From the NCBI GenBank assembly GCA_038227875.1, contig JBBRPR010000073.1:1-40010 (forward strand): a stretch of DNA of 40,010 nucleotides. Direction: 5' to 3'. Position 1 is the stretch's first letter, and the number at the start of each line of letters is the position of its first letter. The position numbers were made by a program, and so were the translations under genes. Under the pieces are notes generated by a model, which was not told the DNA's origin, ran no database searches, and saw only the letters and a program-made list of their open reading frames with translations. The stretch is from Planctomycetota bacterium. Its GTDB lineage: Bacteria > Planctomycetota > SZUA-567 > H5-PLA8. Shown here one piece after another: positions 9,440 to 18,870 of the stretch.

Positions 9440-10525
9440 TCAGTACACTCCTTCGACCACTTTTTTCTCCAGCATTCCAAATGGCCGAACATCCCGCACA
9501 CCGTCCCACGGATACAGCGTGCAGGGCGGACGGCGGATGCATTCGTCGCGCTCAAGGAAGCGGGGCATGAAGAATTCCTTGGTCAGCGTGGTCAATTCAA
9601 CGCGGCCCCATTCGCCGTAGCCGACGGTCTGATCGGGATTCTTGGGGTCGATTACGCGCAGGACGGCGCGGGGCTGTGGCGCGAAGTACGTGGCGCTCCA
9701 GTTGTCTTCCGGTTCCAGCGGCTTGCTGCAGGCCAGGCCCATTAGCGTGTTGCCGTAGGTCGGCACGAACGCGGCGCGGTTTTCGAGAACTTCTTCAGTC
9801 AGGAAACGGATCATCTGCGGCGTCATCGACGTACCTCCGCAGAAAACGCCTTTAATACCAGCCTCTGTGACGTTGATCTTGTTGCTGAGCGCTTCGAGCA
9901 GCTTGGGCGTGGTGAAGAGGCAGTGGATACCTTTGCGATTTTTAAGCTGCGTTACGGCCTGGTCGATGACGTGTTCCTTGTATTCGTTGGCCTGGTCGAA
10001 TTTCTTCAGCGCCAGCAGCTTGACGACCCAGCGCGGATCGAGGTCGACGTGGTAACACGAACCGCCGCGCACGTTGGCCAGATGTTCGATCGCCAGACGC
10101 AGGCGGCGCGGACCGGTGGGACCAAGCATCAGCCACTTCGAGCCCTTCGGAAAGAATTCGTCGTTGAGTGTCGCGGAGAATTCCGTGTAGTCGACCTTAT
10201 GGTCTTCCCAGCTCACGCGCTGCTTGGGCATACCGGTAGTGCCGCCGGTTTCAAAGATGTGAAACGGGCGTGTCTTGTAAGCGTTGGGCACCCAGCGTTC
10301 ATTGGGTTCGTCGCGCAACCAGTCGTCCTGAAAATGATCGAAGTGCTTCAGGTCGGCGACGGACTTGACCTTCTCGACGGGATTCCAGCCGGCCTTCTTC
10401 GCCCAATCGAGCCAGAACGGCGTTCCGGTTTCAGGCGAAAAATGCCACGCAATGATTTCCCGCAGATGCGCGTCGAGTTTCTGCGAAGCCGTCTGGACGG
10501 CCGATTCCAACCCTGCTGCAGTCAT
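9440..10525 (-). CDS. EhpF/GriC-like adenylate-forming enzyme (short ANL superfamily member)
   Basis: WHFSPETGTPFWL, ETGGTTGMPK P-loop, PTGP, DLDPRWV, TTPKLL, PRFLERD and terminal VVEGVY match motifs I recall from Pantoea EhpF. Confidence 0.85.
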   Translation of the reverse strand: MTAAGLESAVQTASQKLDAHLREIIAWHFSPETGTPFWLDWAKKAGWNPVEKVKSVADLKHFDHFQDDWLRDEPNERWVPNAYKTRPFHIFETGGTTGMPKQRVSWEDHKVDYTEFSATLNDEFFPKGSKWLMLGPTGPRRLRLAIEHLANVRGGSCYHVDLDPRWVVKLLALKKFDQANEYKEHVIDQAVTQLKNRKGIHCLFTTPKLLEALSNKINVTEAGIKGVFCGGTSMTPQMIRFLTEEVLENRAAFVPTYGNTLMGLACSKPLEPEDNWSATYFAPQPRAVLRVIDPKNPDQTVGYGEWGRVELTTLTKEFFMPRFLERDECIRRPPCTLYPWDGVRDVRPFGMLEKKVVEGVY

Positions 10526-10558
10526 TCGAGTTCCCCTGAAAGAGCGTGCCCACTTGCC

Positions 10559-12364
10559 TTAAGCGGCCGGCGTCAGTTCCGGCTGCCCTGCCTTGATCTC
10601 AGTCGTTGCCGTCTTGGAGAAGTACCGTTCGATCGTCGCGGCGCTCGGAGGACGCGTCAGCAGCGATCCGATCACCATGCAGATGGCCGAACCGAAGACC
10701 ATCGGGACGACAGTCATGAAGCCCATTACGCGAATGTCGCCCACGACCTTCGCGGATTCCAGCCACGGCACCGAGGTGGCTTCAGCGCCTGGCACAATGA
10801 CGTCGCCGGTCTTGTAGTGGTATTGCAGATAACCGTAGAACACGAGCGACGCGGCGACGTAGAGCGTCGACGCCAGTGCGCCCCATTTAGTGGAGCGCTT
10901 CCAGAAGAGCGCGGCGAGCATCACCGGCGCCATCGCGGCGAATCCGGAGAAAGCGTAACGGATGGCGAGTTCGAAGATATTCGTCGCCGTCACCAGCGCC
11001 ACGCCGTAGGCGACAAGCGTCAGGACGATGATGAACGCGCGCGCAAACCAGACGCCTCCTTTTTCGCCGTACTTTTTCTGACCGCCGTAGTACTGGAAAA
11101 GGTCTTTCGTGAACATCGTGCTGATCGCAAGAACCTGATGGCAGTCGGAGCCCATCACGGCGGAGATGATGCCTGCGCCGAGGATTCCAGCCAGAACCGG
11201 AGGCGCGAACTGGTTGAGCAGCAGCAGAAGTACGCCGTCTTCCGTACCGGGGGGAACGGGCTGCTTGAGCACCTGCGACGCGATCACGCCGAGGAAAATG
11301 CAGGGAAGCCAGATCGCCATGATCGCCAGCGGGTAGAGCACCACGGTCCGTTTGAACGCGGATACCTTGCGCGCCGACAAACACATGATCGACATATGCG
11401 GGAACATGATCGAGGACAGTGGTATCAGCGTATAGCTCCAGAACTCCCGCTCAGAGATGCGCTCTCGTGTGACGTAGAAGCTCTTGGCCGGATCGTTGGC
11501 CATCTCTGTGAAGTACGACGCGAATCCATTCGGCAACTTTCCGCCGATCACCGCGATGGCGACCGTTCCGAATAAGAGGAAGAGCAACGTCTGGAAGATG
11601 TTCACCCAGACTGTGCCGCGCATGCCTCCGAAGAAGACGATCGACGTCACCGCGATGGCAACAATCGCCGCGCCGATTTCGAAGCTGACGTAGCAGTCGG
11701 CTTCCATCTTCGGAACCATCTTCACGTCCATCTTTGGTGCCAGGACGGGCTTGCCATCGGGCGTAAGGGCGGGCTTGCCGTCCTTGACGACGGGAATCAT
11801 CACCGGCTTGCCGTCTTCACCTTTTACTGGAGTCTTCTGTTCGACCATCACCGGCTGACCGTCTTTCATGACCTGGAGCATGACAACTCTGCCGTCGTCG
11901 CCCTTCTTGGAACTGATGTCGTGAAGCACGCGGCCGCCGCCCATGATGCTGATGATCATGTACGGAACCAGCATCGCGACGCTTAAGCCGAAGATGCAGG
12001 TACCAATCCCCGAACATTCCCAGCGGTCGCGGAAAAACTGGACCTGCGTCATATGGCCGAACCGCTTGCCCAACGACCAGAGGCGCGTGCCGATCAAAAA
12101 GATGGTCAGCGGAATCATGAAGCCGGACGACGAGGCCATTAATCCATACACGCCAACGCCGCGCCGGAAGGCCAGGCCTGAACTGCCGAGGATCGCGAAC
12201 GCGGTCATGTTCGTGGCGAACAACGACATGAAAAAGACCATCGGTCCGATGGTGCGGTTGGCGAGGAAAAAATCCTCTGTGTTATCTTTGGATTTACGGA
12301 AGGCAATGCTGCCAATGTAGAGCGTTACGGCCAGGTAGATGAAGACGACGATCACGGGAATCAT
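10559..12364 (-). CDS. Sodium:solute symporter (SSS) family protein with a large loop insertion
   Basis: EDFFLANRTIG, SLFATNMTAFAILG, FFGGMRGTVWVNIFQ, GIISAVM, LFWKRSTKWGA; many TM segments. Confidence 0.93.
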   Translation of the reverse strand: MIPVIVVFIYLAVTLYIGSIAFRKSKDNTEDFFLANRTIGPMVFFMSLFATNMTAFAILGSSGLAFRRGVGVYGLMASSSGFMIPLTIFLIGTRLWSLGKRFGHMTQVQFFRDRWECSGIGTCIFGLSVAMLVPYMIISIMGGGRVLHDISSKKGDDGRVVMLQVMKDGQPVMVEQKTPVKGEDGKPVMIPVVKDGKPALTPDGKPVLAPKMDVKMVPKMEADCYVSFEIGAAIVAIAVTSIVFFGGMRGTVWVNIFQTLLFLLFGTVAIAVIGGKLPNGFASYFTEMANDPAKSFYVTRERISEREFWSYTLIPLSSIMFPHMSIMCLSARKVSAFKRTVVLYPLAIMAIWLPCIFLGVIASQVLKQPVPPGTEDGVLLLLLNQFAPPVLAGILGAGIISAVMGSDCHQVLAISTMFTKDLFQYYGGQKKYGEKGGVWFARAFIIVLTLVAYGVALVTATNIFELAIRYAFSGFAAMAPVMLAALFWKRSTKWGALASTLYVAASLVFYGYLQYHYKTGDVIVPGAEATSVPWLESAKVVGDIRVMGFMTVVPMVFGSAICMVIGSLLTRPPSAATIERYFSKTATTEIKAGQPELTPAA

Positions 12365-12600
12365 TAGTGTCCCTCCCCGCGGCTCGACGGCACCTGCTCG
12401 GATTCTTCAACTTCGAGATGTTCCGGCCACGCGGTCGCGACCAGGACAAACATCATTACCGCGCAGAGCACGGAAAATCCGGCGTGGTAGGCCAGGCCGA
12501 CCGGCAAAATGCTGAAGAGCTGCGCATTTTTCCAGTTCCAGAAATCCTGGTGCAGACAGTAGACCGCGAGCACCATTAAGACCAGCAGGACACGCTTCAT
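12364..12600 (-). CDS. Small two-TM SSS accessory protein (DUF3311/DUF997-like)
   Basis: LHQDFWNW, LPVGLAYH; two hydrophobic segments; stop overlaps the symporter start. Confidence 0.8.
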   Translation of the reverse strand: MKRVLLVLMVLAVYCLHQDFWNWKNAQLFSILPVGLAYHAGFSVLCAVMMFVLVATAWPEHLEVEESEQVPSSRGEGH

Positions 12601-12626
12601 AAATTGCTCCGCAATGTGGACGGTGC

Positions 12627-14225
12627 TTACTTCTTCTGAATCGCAAACAGATGCGTGTTGGAGACGATGTACAGAACACCATTTGCGACCACTGGCGTGC
12701 TGCGAATGTAATCCTTCAGCTTCACGCGACTGAGAACTTTCGGTGCTTCCTTGGTCGCTTCCATGATGAACGCTTCCTTGCCGTCGTTGCCGAAATAGAT
12801 CTTACCATCGGCAACCATCGTCGAACCCCACATGCGGGCGCCGGACGGGAATTCCCAGTACTTCTTGCCGGTCTTGACATCGAAGCAATGAATGTAGCCG
12901 CTGAAGTCGCCGATGAAGAGCAGATCGCCGACAATAGAAGGTGAAGCGATGCTGCGGTGGATCTTGTCGGTGAACCAGATTTTTCCATCGCCGGTGATGT
13001 CGCCGGTCTTCGTCGCATCCCAGCAGGTGAGGACACCGTCACCGGCGCCGTGTTCGGGATCCTGCCCGTTGGCGACGTAGATGCGGTTGTTCAGGAAGAC
13101 CGGCGTCGAATCAATTTCGCTCGGACCTTTCGGTGAGGCGGGACCGTACGGATAGAAATTGCCGGAGGGCGATTTCTTCTGCTGCGGCAGCACGCCGTCG
13201 CCCCACCAGACTGTCTTTCCCGTTTCAGAATCGAGCGCGTAGAGACAACCGTCGGGGCCGCCGTAGTAGACTTGCTTCTTACCGTTGACCACGCCCAGCG
13301 ACGGATTCGACCAGATGCCGTGAAAGATGCGGCGGCTGATGCCGCAATCTTCGCGCGTGCTGTTGGCGAGGTTCAGTTCGTCTTCCCACAGTTCTTCGCC
13401 GGTCAGCTTATTGACGCAGAAATAACTGGGCGCGAGCGCCGACGGAACATAGCTATGTCCCCAATCGACGCCATTGGAGGTCGTGCAGAAGAGCCGATCG
13501 CCGTCGATCAACACGGAGCAGTTGCTGGCGTTGTGCGGAAACGCGCCGAGCACTTCGGGATCGCGCATGTCCATGCGCCAGATGATGTCGGCTTCGGTGT
13601 CGTCCACCGGCATCGATGCGAATTTGTCGAGTGGTTCGCCGGCAAGCTTGTCGGGATCCTTGACGTACATTCCTTCGTTCTTGAACGGGCCGCGGTTGCC
13701 TTTCTTTAAGCCATCGACCGACAGGCAGAGCAACTCGCCGCGATTGGTGACCACGTAGACGCGATCACCGTCGACCGTCGGTGAAGAACAGATGCCAATT
13801 TCCGGCCAGTCGTTGACGCGCCCTTCCTTGAGCTTCGGCACGGTGAGCTGCCACAAAAAATTTCCGGTCGCTTCGTCGAAGCACATCATCACGCCGCGGT
13901 CGCCGGTAATATTCGGGTTGCGCGGATTCTTGTTATTGGTGCCGACAAATACCTTGCCGCCGGAAACCGTAACATTGCCGTACGATTCCGACCCAAGCTT
14001 CGCCGCCCACTTGACATTCTTGGCTTTGGAAACATCCCAATCGCCCTTCGCCGTCCACTCGCCAGGGCTCCAGTCGTCGGGCAGATTCTTTTCATCGGAG
14101 ACCATGTTGCGGTTTTGCCCGCCACCCCACTGCGGCCAATCGCCCGCGCGAGCCCCCCAGCTCACAGCAGCCAGAACCAAACCCAGCATCACGTTGGAAG
14201 TTGAGGCGATAAATGTTTTGCTCAT
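12627..14225 (-). CDS. Secreted PQQ-like beta-propeller repeat protein
   Basis: Signal peptide then DWPQWGG...RNMVS, multiple propeller blades; ATG 14225 with GAAAGGAAAG RBS. Confidence 0.88.
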   Translation of the reverse strand: MSKTFIASTSNVMLGLVLAAVSWGARAGDWPQWGGGQNRNMVSDEKNLPDDWSPGEWTAKGDWDVSKAKNVKWAAKLGSESYGNVTVSGGKVFVGTNNKNPRNPNITGDRGVMMCFDEATGNFLWQLTVPKLKEGRVNDWPEIGICSSPTVDGDRVYVVTNRGELLCLSVDGLKKGNRGPFKNEGMYVKDPDKLAGEPLDKFASMPVDDTEADIIWRMDMRDPEVLGAFPHNASNCSVLIDGDRLFCTTSNGVDWGHSYVPSALAPSYFCVNKLTGEELWEDELNLANSTREDCGISRRIFHGIWSNPSLGVVNGKKQVYYGGPDGCLYALDSETGKTVWWGDGVLPQQKKSPSGNFYPYGPASPKGPSEIDSTPVFLNNRIYVANGQDPEHGAGDGVLTCWDATKTGDITGDGKIWFTDKIHRSIASPSIVGDLLFIGDFSGYIHCFDVKTGKKYWEFPSGARMWGSTMVADGKIYFGNDGKEAFIMEATKEAPKVLSRVKLKDYIRSTPVVANGVLYIVSNTHLFAIQKK

Positions 14226-14281
14226 GCTTTCCTTTCCCGCAACCGAAGTCCAAATCACACCGTCGGAACTGACTGCCGCGC

Positions 14282-16660
14282 TCACTTATCGTTCGGAGTG
14301 ATGCTGAGGTTGTCGACGTACACGGGCGCTTTCGGGCTGAAACCAAAGATGCCTGGCGTGCCGCTTTCGTTGGGCGTTTTCTGCTCGGCGGTGATCGTCC
14401 ACTCCGCCGGTTCGGCCTCTCCCTTTGGCCAAACCTTGCCGCGGATTGTACCCTTCTTGGTTGCGGGATCGATGCGCACGTCGGTCTTCATCGTGTACCA
14501 GACGCCCGGATCCCATTTAAAGTGCACCGACTTCTGGAAGAGTTCGGCGTTGCTGGTGATGATCAGGCGCTGCGACGTGCCCTGGAGCACGATCATGTAT
14601 CGCTGGTTGAGCAACCCCACGTCCGACATGCTGGAGAGACGTTTCTGGCCAGCGACCGTGCGGAACTTGCCGTCGCTCATCATGTCTGCCTGAATCGTGT
14701 AGTTGGACATATCGGAATGACCGATGAAGGTGAACGCGCGCTGGAAGAGGCCGTCTTCAATGGTCTTCGCCAGAACTTTGCTGCCGCCGACTTCGCGAAT
14801 CTCCCATTTGAAGCGCGCGCCGATCCACGAGAGTGGCGGATACGCGAACGGTACTTTCTGGTGGGTCTCGGGGAACTTCGGATCGTCGGTCTTGATCAGC
14901 GTAAACTTTTCGAAATCTTCCGTCAGTGGAAGTCCGGGCAGGACGCGTCCGCGCGTCGTGCCGGAGATGCCGTCCACCTCGCCTTTGAAAGCGCCGGCGG
15001 AGGGCGTGGTCTTTTCGCCGACCACCAGAGCACCGCCTTCGATTTCGCCATCCAGTTCCGACTTCACCAAAGCGTACGGGGGAATGTAGTGCGCCCACTT
15101 GGCCGCCGCGCCTTCTTTGGACGCGAGCCACTGACCGTTCTTGTCGACTTCGATGATGCGAAGCGGCTGCTTGTCTTTCGGGTGCAGCAGCATGTCGGCG
15201 GGAACGACCAGCATTTTCGCGGGAGCTTCTGGAGCCACCACGGGAGCAGGCGCTGCAGCAACCGGCACAGGTACAGGCGCATCTTTCGCGCCGATGCAGT
15301 ACAGCCGGCGCGTGGTCTGGAAATAAACGCGTCCGCCGAAAATCGAGGGCGCGCCGTAACAGTTTTCTTCGTTGCCCAGTTTTGCTTCGGTCAGCACGTC
15401 GCAGCCCGAACCATCTGCCTTGATCTTCAAGATGAAGAACACGCCGTCCTGAATGGCCACATACAGCTTGCCATCGCCATAGGTCGGAGCGCTGGTGCGC
15501 TGTTCGCCGCCCAGATTTTGCGGCTTGGCCCACAGGTTCTTGCCAGTCTCGGCGTCCAGGCAGTGCAGATTGGCGACGTCGTCGACGAGGAACACCTTAT
15601 TGTCGCCCAGCGCCGGACTCGATGCGAAGCTCAGCATGTCGTCGTTGCGCCAGACTTCCGCCGTGGCGGGAAGTTCCGGCGTCACCGGCGCTTTGGTTGG
15701 ATCCGGCGGCGGCGCCTGAAAATCTCCGGGACGGACGGCGACCATGCTGCCGGTGATGGAGCTGTTCATGTTCGAGTTGCCATGGACTGCGAGGGTCAAA
15801 TCCTTGTACATCAGGAGCGAGGCGTTGATGCCGCCTTCGCAGATTTGACGGCGCCAGATAGGGTCACCCGTGCGTGCGTTAACGCAGTAGACCGAGCCGT
15901 CGCCGCCGCCACAATAAAATACCCGCATGTTTTTGTAGAATCCCAGCACCGGCGTCGAATACGAGCTGTCACGCGGACGCACGCCCGGCTGCGAGGCCCA
16001 GATCAGGTCGCCGGTCTTCTTGTCGAAGCCGTAGAAGCGGTGTGCCGCCGGACCGTGCGCGCCCCAATTCGAGGTAATGCCGCTGGCGATCACCAGCTCC
16101 CCGTCGATCACGGGGCTTGCCGTGCGGCCGTTGGGGAACGTCATGCGGCCGAACTCTTCCATCATATGGTGGGACCAGAGCATTTTGCCGTCGGGCGTGA
16201 ACGCCGCGAGGATGCCCTGCGTGCCCTGCATATAGATGTTGCCAGTCTCCGGGTCGATCGCCGGAGAAGAGCTGGCGTAACGCGTGTAAATGATGTCGCT
16301 GAGGTAGTCGTTAAACAGCGCACGCCACTTTTCTTCGCCGGTATTGGCGTCGACGCAAAAAAGGCCTTCCTGAAGATTCTGCCCCTTGCCGATGTAAGCC
16401 ATGACGTAGAGCCGGCCGTTGGCGATGACGGGAGTCGACTGCCCGGGAATATCCGCCGTCCAGAGCGAGTTCTCGCCATCGGGCGTCCATTTCTCGGGAA
16501 GGTTCTTTTCGTCGCTGGACCCATTCTGGTGCGGACCGCGCCAGCTCAACCAGCCGTCAACGGGTTTGGGTGCCGGTTGTGGATCGGCAGCGAGAACGCA
16601 GCCGAGTGAAAGAATAGTACAGAAGAATGGAACAAGCAGTGGCGTCCGTCGGAGAGTCAC
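14282..16660 (-). CDS. Secreted PQQ-like beta-propeller protein with C-terminal beta-sandwich (lectin/DUF1080-like) domain
   Basis: Signal peptide, WLSWRGP, propeller repeats, Pro/Ala linker, C-terminal WYTMK...GKVWPKGEAEPAEW; GTG start with GGAGG RBS. Confidence 0.85.
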   Translation of the reverse strand: MTLRRTPLLVPFFCTILSLGCVLAADPQPAPKPVDGWLSWRGPHQNGSSDEKNLPEKWTPDGENSLWTADIPGQSTPVIANGRLYVMAYIGKGQNLQEGLFCVDANTGEEKWRALFNDYLSDIIYTRYASSSPAIDPETGNIYMQGTQGILAAFTPDGKMLWSHHMMEEFGRMTFPNGRTASPVIDGELVIASGITSNWGAHGPAAHRFYGFDKKTGDLIWASQPGVRPRDSSYSTPVLGFYKNMRVFYCGGGDGSVYCVNARTGDPIWRRQICEGGINASLLMYKDLTLAVHGNSNMNSSITGSMVAVRPGDFQAPPPDPTKAPVTPELPATAEVWRNDDMLSFASSPALGDNKVFLVDDVANLHCLDAETGKNLWAKPQNLGGEQRTSAPTYGDGKLYVAIQDGVFFILKIKADGSGCDVLTEAKLGNEENCYGAPSIFGGRVYFQTTRRLYCIGAKDAPVPVPVAAAPAPVVAPEAPAKMLVVPADMLLHPKDKQPLRIIEVDKNGQWLASKEGAAAKWAHYIPPYALVKSELDGEIEGGALVVGEKTTPSAGAFKGEVDGISGTTRGRVLPGLPLTEDFEKFTLIKTDDPKFPETHQKVPFAYPPLSWIGARFKWEIREVGGSKVLAKTIEDGLFQRAFTFIGHSDMSNYTIQADMMSDGKFRTVAGQKRLSSMSDVGLLNQRYMIVLQGTSQRLIITSNAELFQKSVHFKWDPGVWYTMKTDVRIDPATKKGTIRGKVWPKGEAEPAEWTITAEQKTPNESGTPGIFGFSPKAPVYVDNLSITPNDK

Positions 16661-16714
16661 GTTAAGTTTTCCTCCAGTGCATCAAAGCAAGGGACCAGCC
16701 ATGTGTCGGAGTGA

Positions 16715-16743
16715 GATTATACCTATACGTACTAATTTCACAA
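16715..16743 (-). promoter_or_regulatory. Putative sigma70 promoter of the 9-gene operon overlapped by a palindromic operator
   Basis: Minus strand TTGTGA-16 nt-TATAAT (16743-16716); 16715-16736 matches palindrome ATTAGTACGTATACGTACTAAT at 17/22. Confidence 0.65.
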
Positions 16744-16756
16744 TGTTTTCTACACC

Positions 16757-17299
16757 ATGAAAAACGACAAAGCAGAGAATTTTTTAGCCCCCGGCGAAAT
16801 CCCACAAACTGGCCCCGTGCGGCGCCTTCCGCCATTATTACGTCGCGCCTGGTACAATTTGAATCAGACTTTCCGCCGCCGCATCGCCCACACCGGCCTG
16901 ACGCCCGATCAGTATACGATTCTCCGCCTGCTTTCTGAAGGCCCGCCCGAAGGCCTTACCCAGCGCGAATTGTGCGAGCGCATGTGCTCGGACCCGAACA
17001 CCATGGCATCCCTGCTGTCGCGTATGGAGAAATGCAACCTGCTGGAACGGCGCACGCACGAAGACGACCGCCGCGCGCACCGCGTCTCCGTTCTTCCCGA
17101 AGGCCGACAGCACTTTGTTGAATTGCGCACGATCGCCCTCGACCTTCAGGAATCGATCCTCGACGCCGTGCCGCTCAAGCGCCGCGAGCAATTTCTGCTC
17201 GATCTTGAACGCGTCGCGGATGCCTGCCAGACCCAGTTGAATGCTGAAACCTCCCGCCAAAAAGGTTTGGGGAAAAAGCGAAAAAACGATACAGTTTAA
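16757..17299 (+). CDS. MarR family transcriptional regulator
   Basis: GLTPDQYTIL, LTQRELCERM, LSRMEKCNLLER, DDRRAHRVSVLPEG; divergent from the operon. Confidence 0.93.
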   Translation: MKNDKAENFLAPGEIPQTGPVRRLPPLLRRAWYNLNQTFRRRIAHTGLTPDQYTILRLLSEGPPEGLTQRELCERMCSDPNTMASLLSRMEKCNLLERRTHEDDRRAHRVSVLPEGRQHFVELRTIALDLQESILDAVPLKRREQFLLDLERVADACQTQLNAETSRQKGLGKKRKNDTV

Positions 17300-17338
17300 G
17301 CTGTCGTCACCCTCCTACATTTTGCAAAGGACGGCAGC

Positions 17339-18832
17339 ATGGCCATCACCATTGAACGGTGCCCGCATTGCGGCGCGCCATACATGAGCGCAATGTTGCC
17401 GGGAGAAAATCCGGCCGAGCGGAGTTGTTCGAGCTGCAATAAGCGCGCCGGCGATCCGCGCGGTACGACTGCGACGTCCGCTCCCCGCCCCATTTCCACG
17501 GCCAGTTCCGACGATGAATTGTCGCTGCAGCCCATCGAGACCGCGGCTTCGGCCGGTGTCATCGTCACGCACAAACAGCCCGACGCCCGCGGACAGCTTG
17601 TGGGACAGATTCAGTCCAGAGGCAACGCGGGAGTTCCCGGGCTGCCCAGCGACGCCCCCGATTACGAACCGCCGCCGAAAGCGCCGCTGTTTACCGTCGC
17701 ATCGACGATCCGGCTGGTGGTCCTGCTGGTTGTGCTGGTGCTCGTTTCGAAATTGGTTTACGGCGTCTACCAACGGGAATTCGACAAGCCGATCGTTCCG
17801 ACCGCTCCGCCGCCGGCCGTGCCGACCGTGGCCGAAATGACCAAGCCGCCGCCGACTCCAATCAAACCAGTGGCCGCAACGCCGCCGCCCAAGCCCGTCG
17901 AGAAACCGCCGGAGGTGGTCGTCAAGCCTGCCGGTCCTCCCGCCAGGCCAAAAGAACTGCTGAACGACGGTGGTGGAGGGAACGAGGATGTCAACGCGCT
18001 CATTGCCGGCGGAAGCCGCCAGAAATCGCGGAATACCGACGACGACGCGCCGGACGTCGAGGTCAAGAAGACTCCGCCGCAGCCGCCGCCCACGGCTGGA
18101 AAAACCGGAACGGTGACGCCGCCGGGATTACCACCCGATAACTCCAAAGACCCCATGATCGCGCTGCTTGAAAAAAACAAGGCAGGCGCGCAACCGCCGC
18201 CAGGTCCGAACCCTCCCGATTCGCCACCCAACACGATCAACAATCCGCCGCCCCCGGGGGGCACGCCACCGATTACGCCGGGCGTCAATGCTCCACCGCC
18301 CAAGACCGGGATGATGCCGGAAGGTCCCATCGTCAGCACGACGCCTGTGGTGATTCTGCCGTTGCCAGGCACCATCCCCGGCGCCTCCTTCCTCCGCGAT
18401 TACAACGGCTGGTTCTGCCGCGATTACGATGAAGCGCGCTCCCTGCGCGAAAATGTCTTTCATGGGCGCAACAACGTCGTGATGTTGAAACCGATCCAGC
18501 GAGGCCCAGCGAAACTCTGTGCGCTGATCGAAGTTCCGAAAGCCTTCGCCAACAAGAAGCCGGAATTGGTTTTCGAAATCACCTCCAAAGATCCCGCTCA
18601 CGTCTGGCTGCTCCACGCCACCATCGAAGGCGCGGAAGTGCTGCGGCAGACGGAAGTGAAGATCACCGACTCCAAACCGTGGATCGAAAACCGCATTGAT
18701 CTGACCAACTTCTCCAACCGACGTTTCCTGTTGCAGCTGGAAATTCTGCCGCCGGCCCCCGGAGGCAAGCCGGGCTCGGACGTGGATTACGCCGGGTACA
18801 TCCGGAACATGCATCTTGTTTGGGCGAAGTGA
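17339..18832 (+). CDS. Hypothetical membrane protein: N-terminal Zn ribbon, one TM, Pro-rich linker, C-terminal globular domain
   Basis: CPHC...CSSC, LVVLLVVLVLV TM, long Pro-rich region. Confidence 0.75.
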   Translation: MAITIERCPHCGAPYMSAMLPGENPAERSCSSCNKRAGDPRGTTATSAPRPISTASSDDELSLQPIETAASAGVIVTHKQPDARGQLVGQIQSRGNAGVPGLPSDAPDYEPPPKAPLFTVASTIRLVVLLVVLVLVSKLVYGVYQREFDKPIVPTAPPPAVPTVAEMTKPPPTPIKPVAATPPPKPVEKPPEVVVKPAGPPARPKELLNDGGGGNEDVNALIAGGSRQKSRNTDDDAPDVEVKKTPPQPPPTAGKTGTVTPPGLPPDNSKDPMIALLEKNKAGAQPPPGPNPPDSPPNTINNPPPPGGTPPITPGVNAPPPKTGMMPEGPIVSTTPVVILPLPGTIPGASFLRDYNGWFCRDYDEARSLRENVFHGRNNVVMLKPIQRGPAKLCALIEVPKAFANKKPELVFEITSKDPAHVWLLHATIEGAEVLRQTEVKITDSKPWIENRIDLTNFSNRRFLLQLEILPPAPGGKPGSDVDYAGYIRNMHLVWAK

Positions 18833-18870
18833 CCGCTGCAAGTTTGCGCTCGCCGGCTCGTTAGCATGAT

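Noticed and set aside
7919..10525. luxCE bioluminescence or phenazine biosynthesis cluster
   Set aside because: No luxAB/luxD or phz core genes in the window; only the reductase-type pair is present
9923..11575. 550-aa plus-strand ORF
   Set aside because: Antisense to the EhpF-like and symporter genes; no recognisable domain
14522..16609. 695-aa plus-strand ORF
   Set aside because: Antisense shadow of the propeller gene; no motifs; typical high-GC artefact
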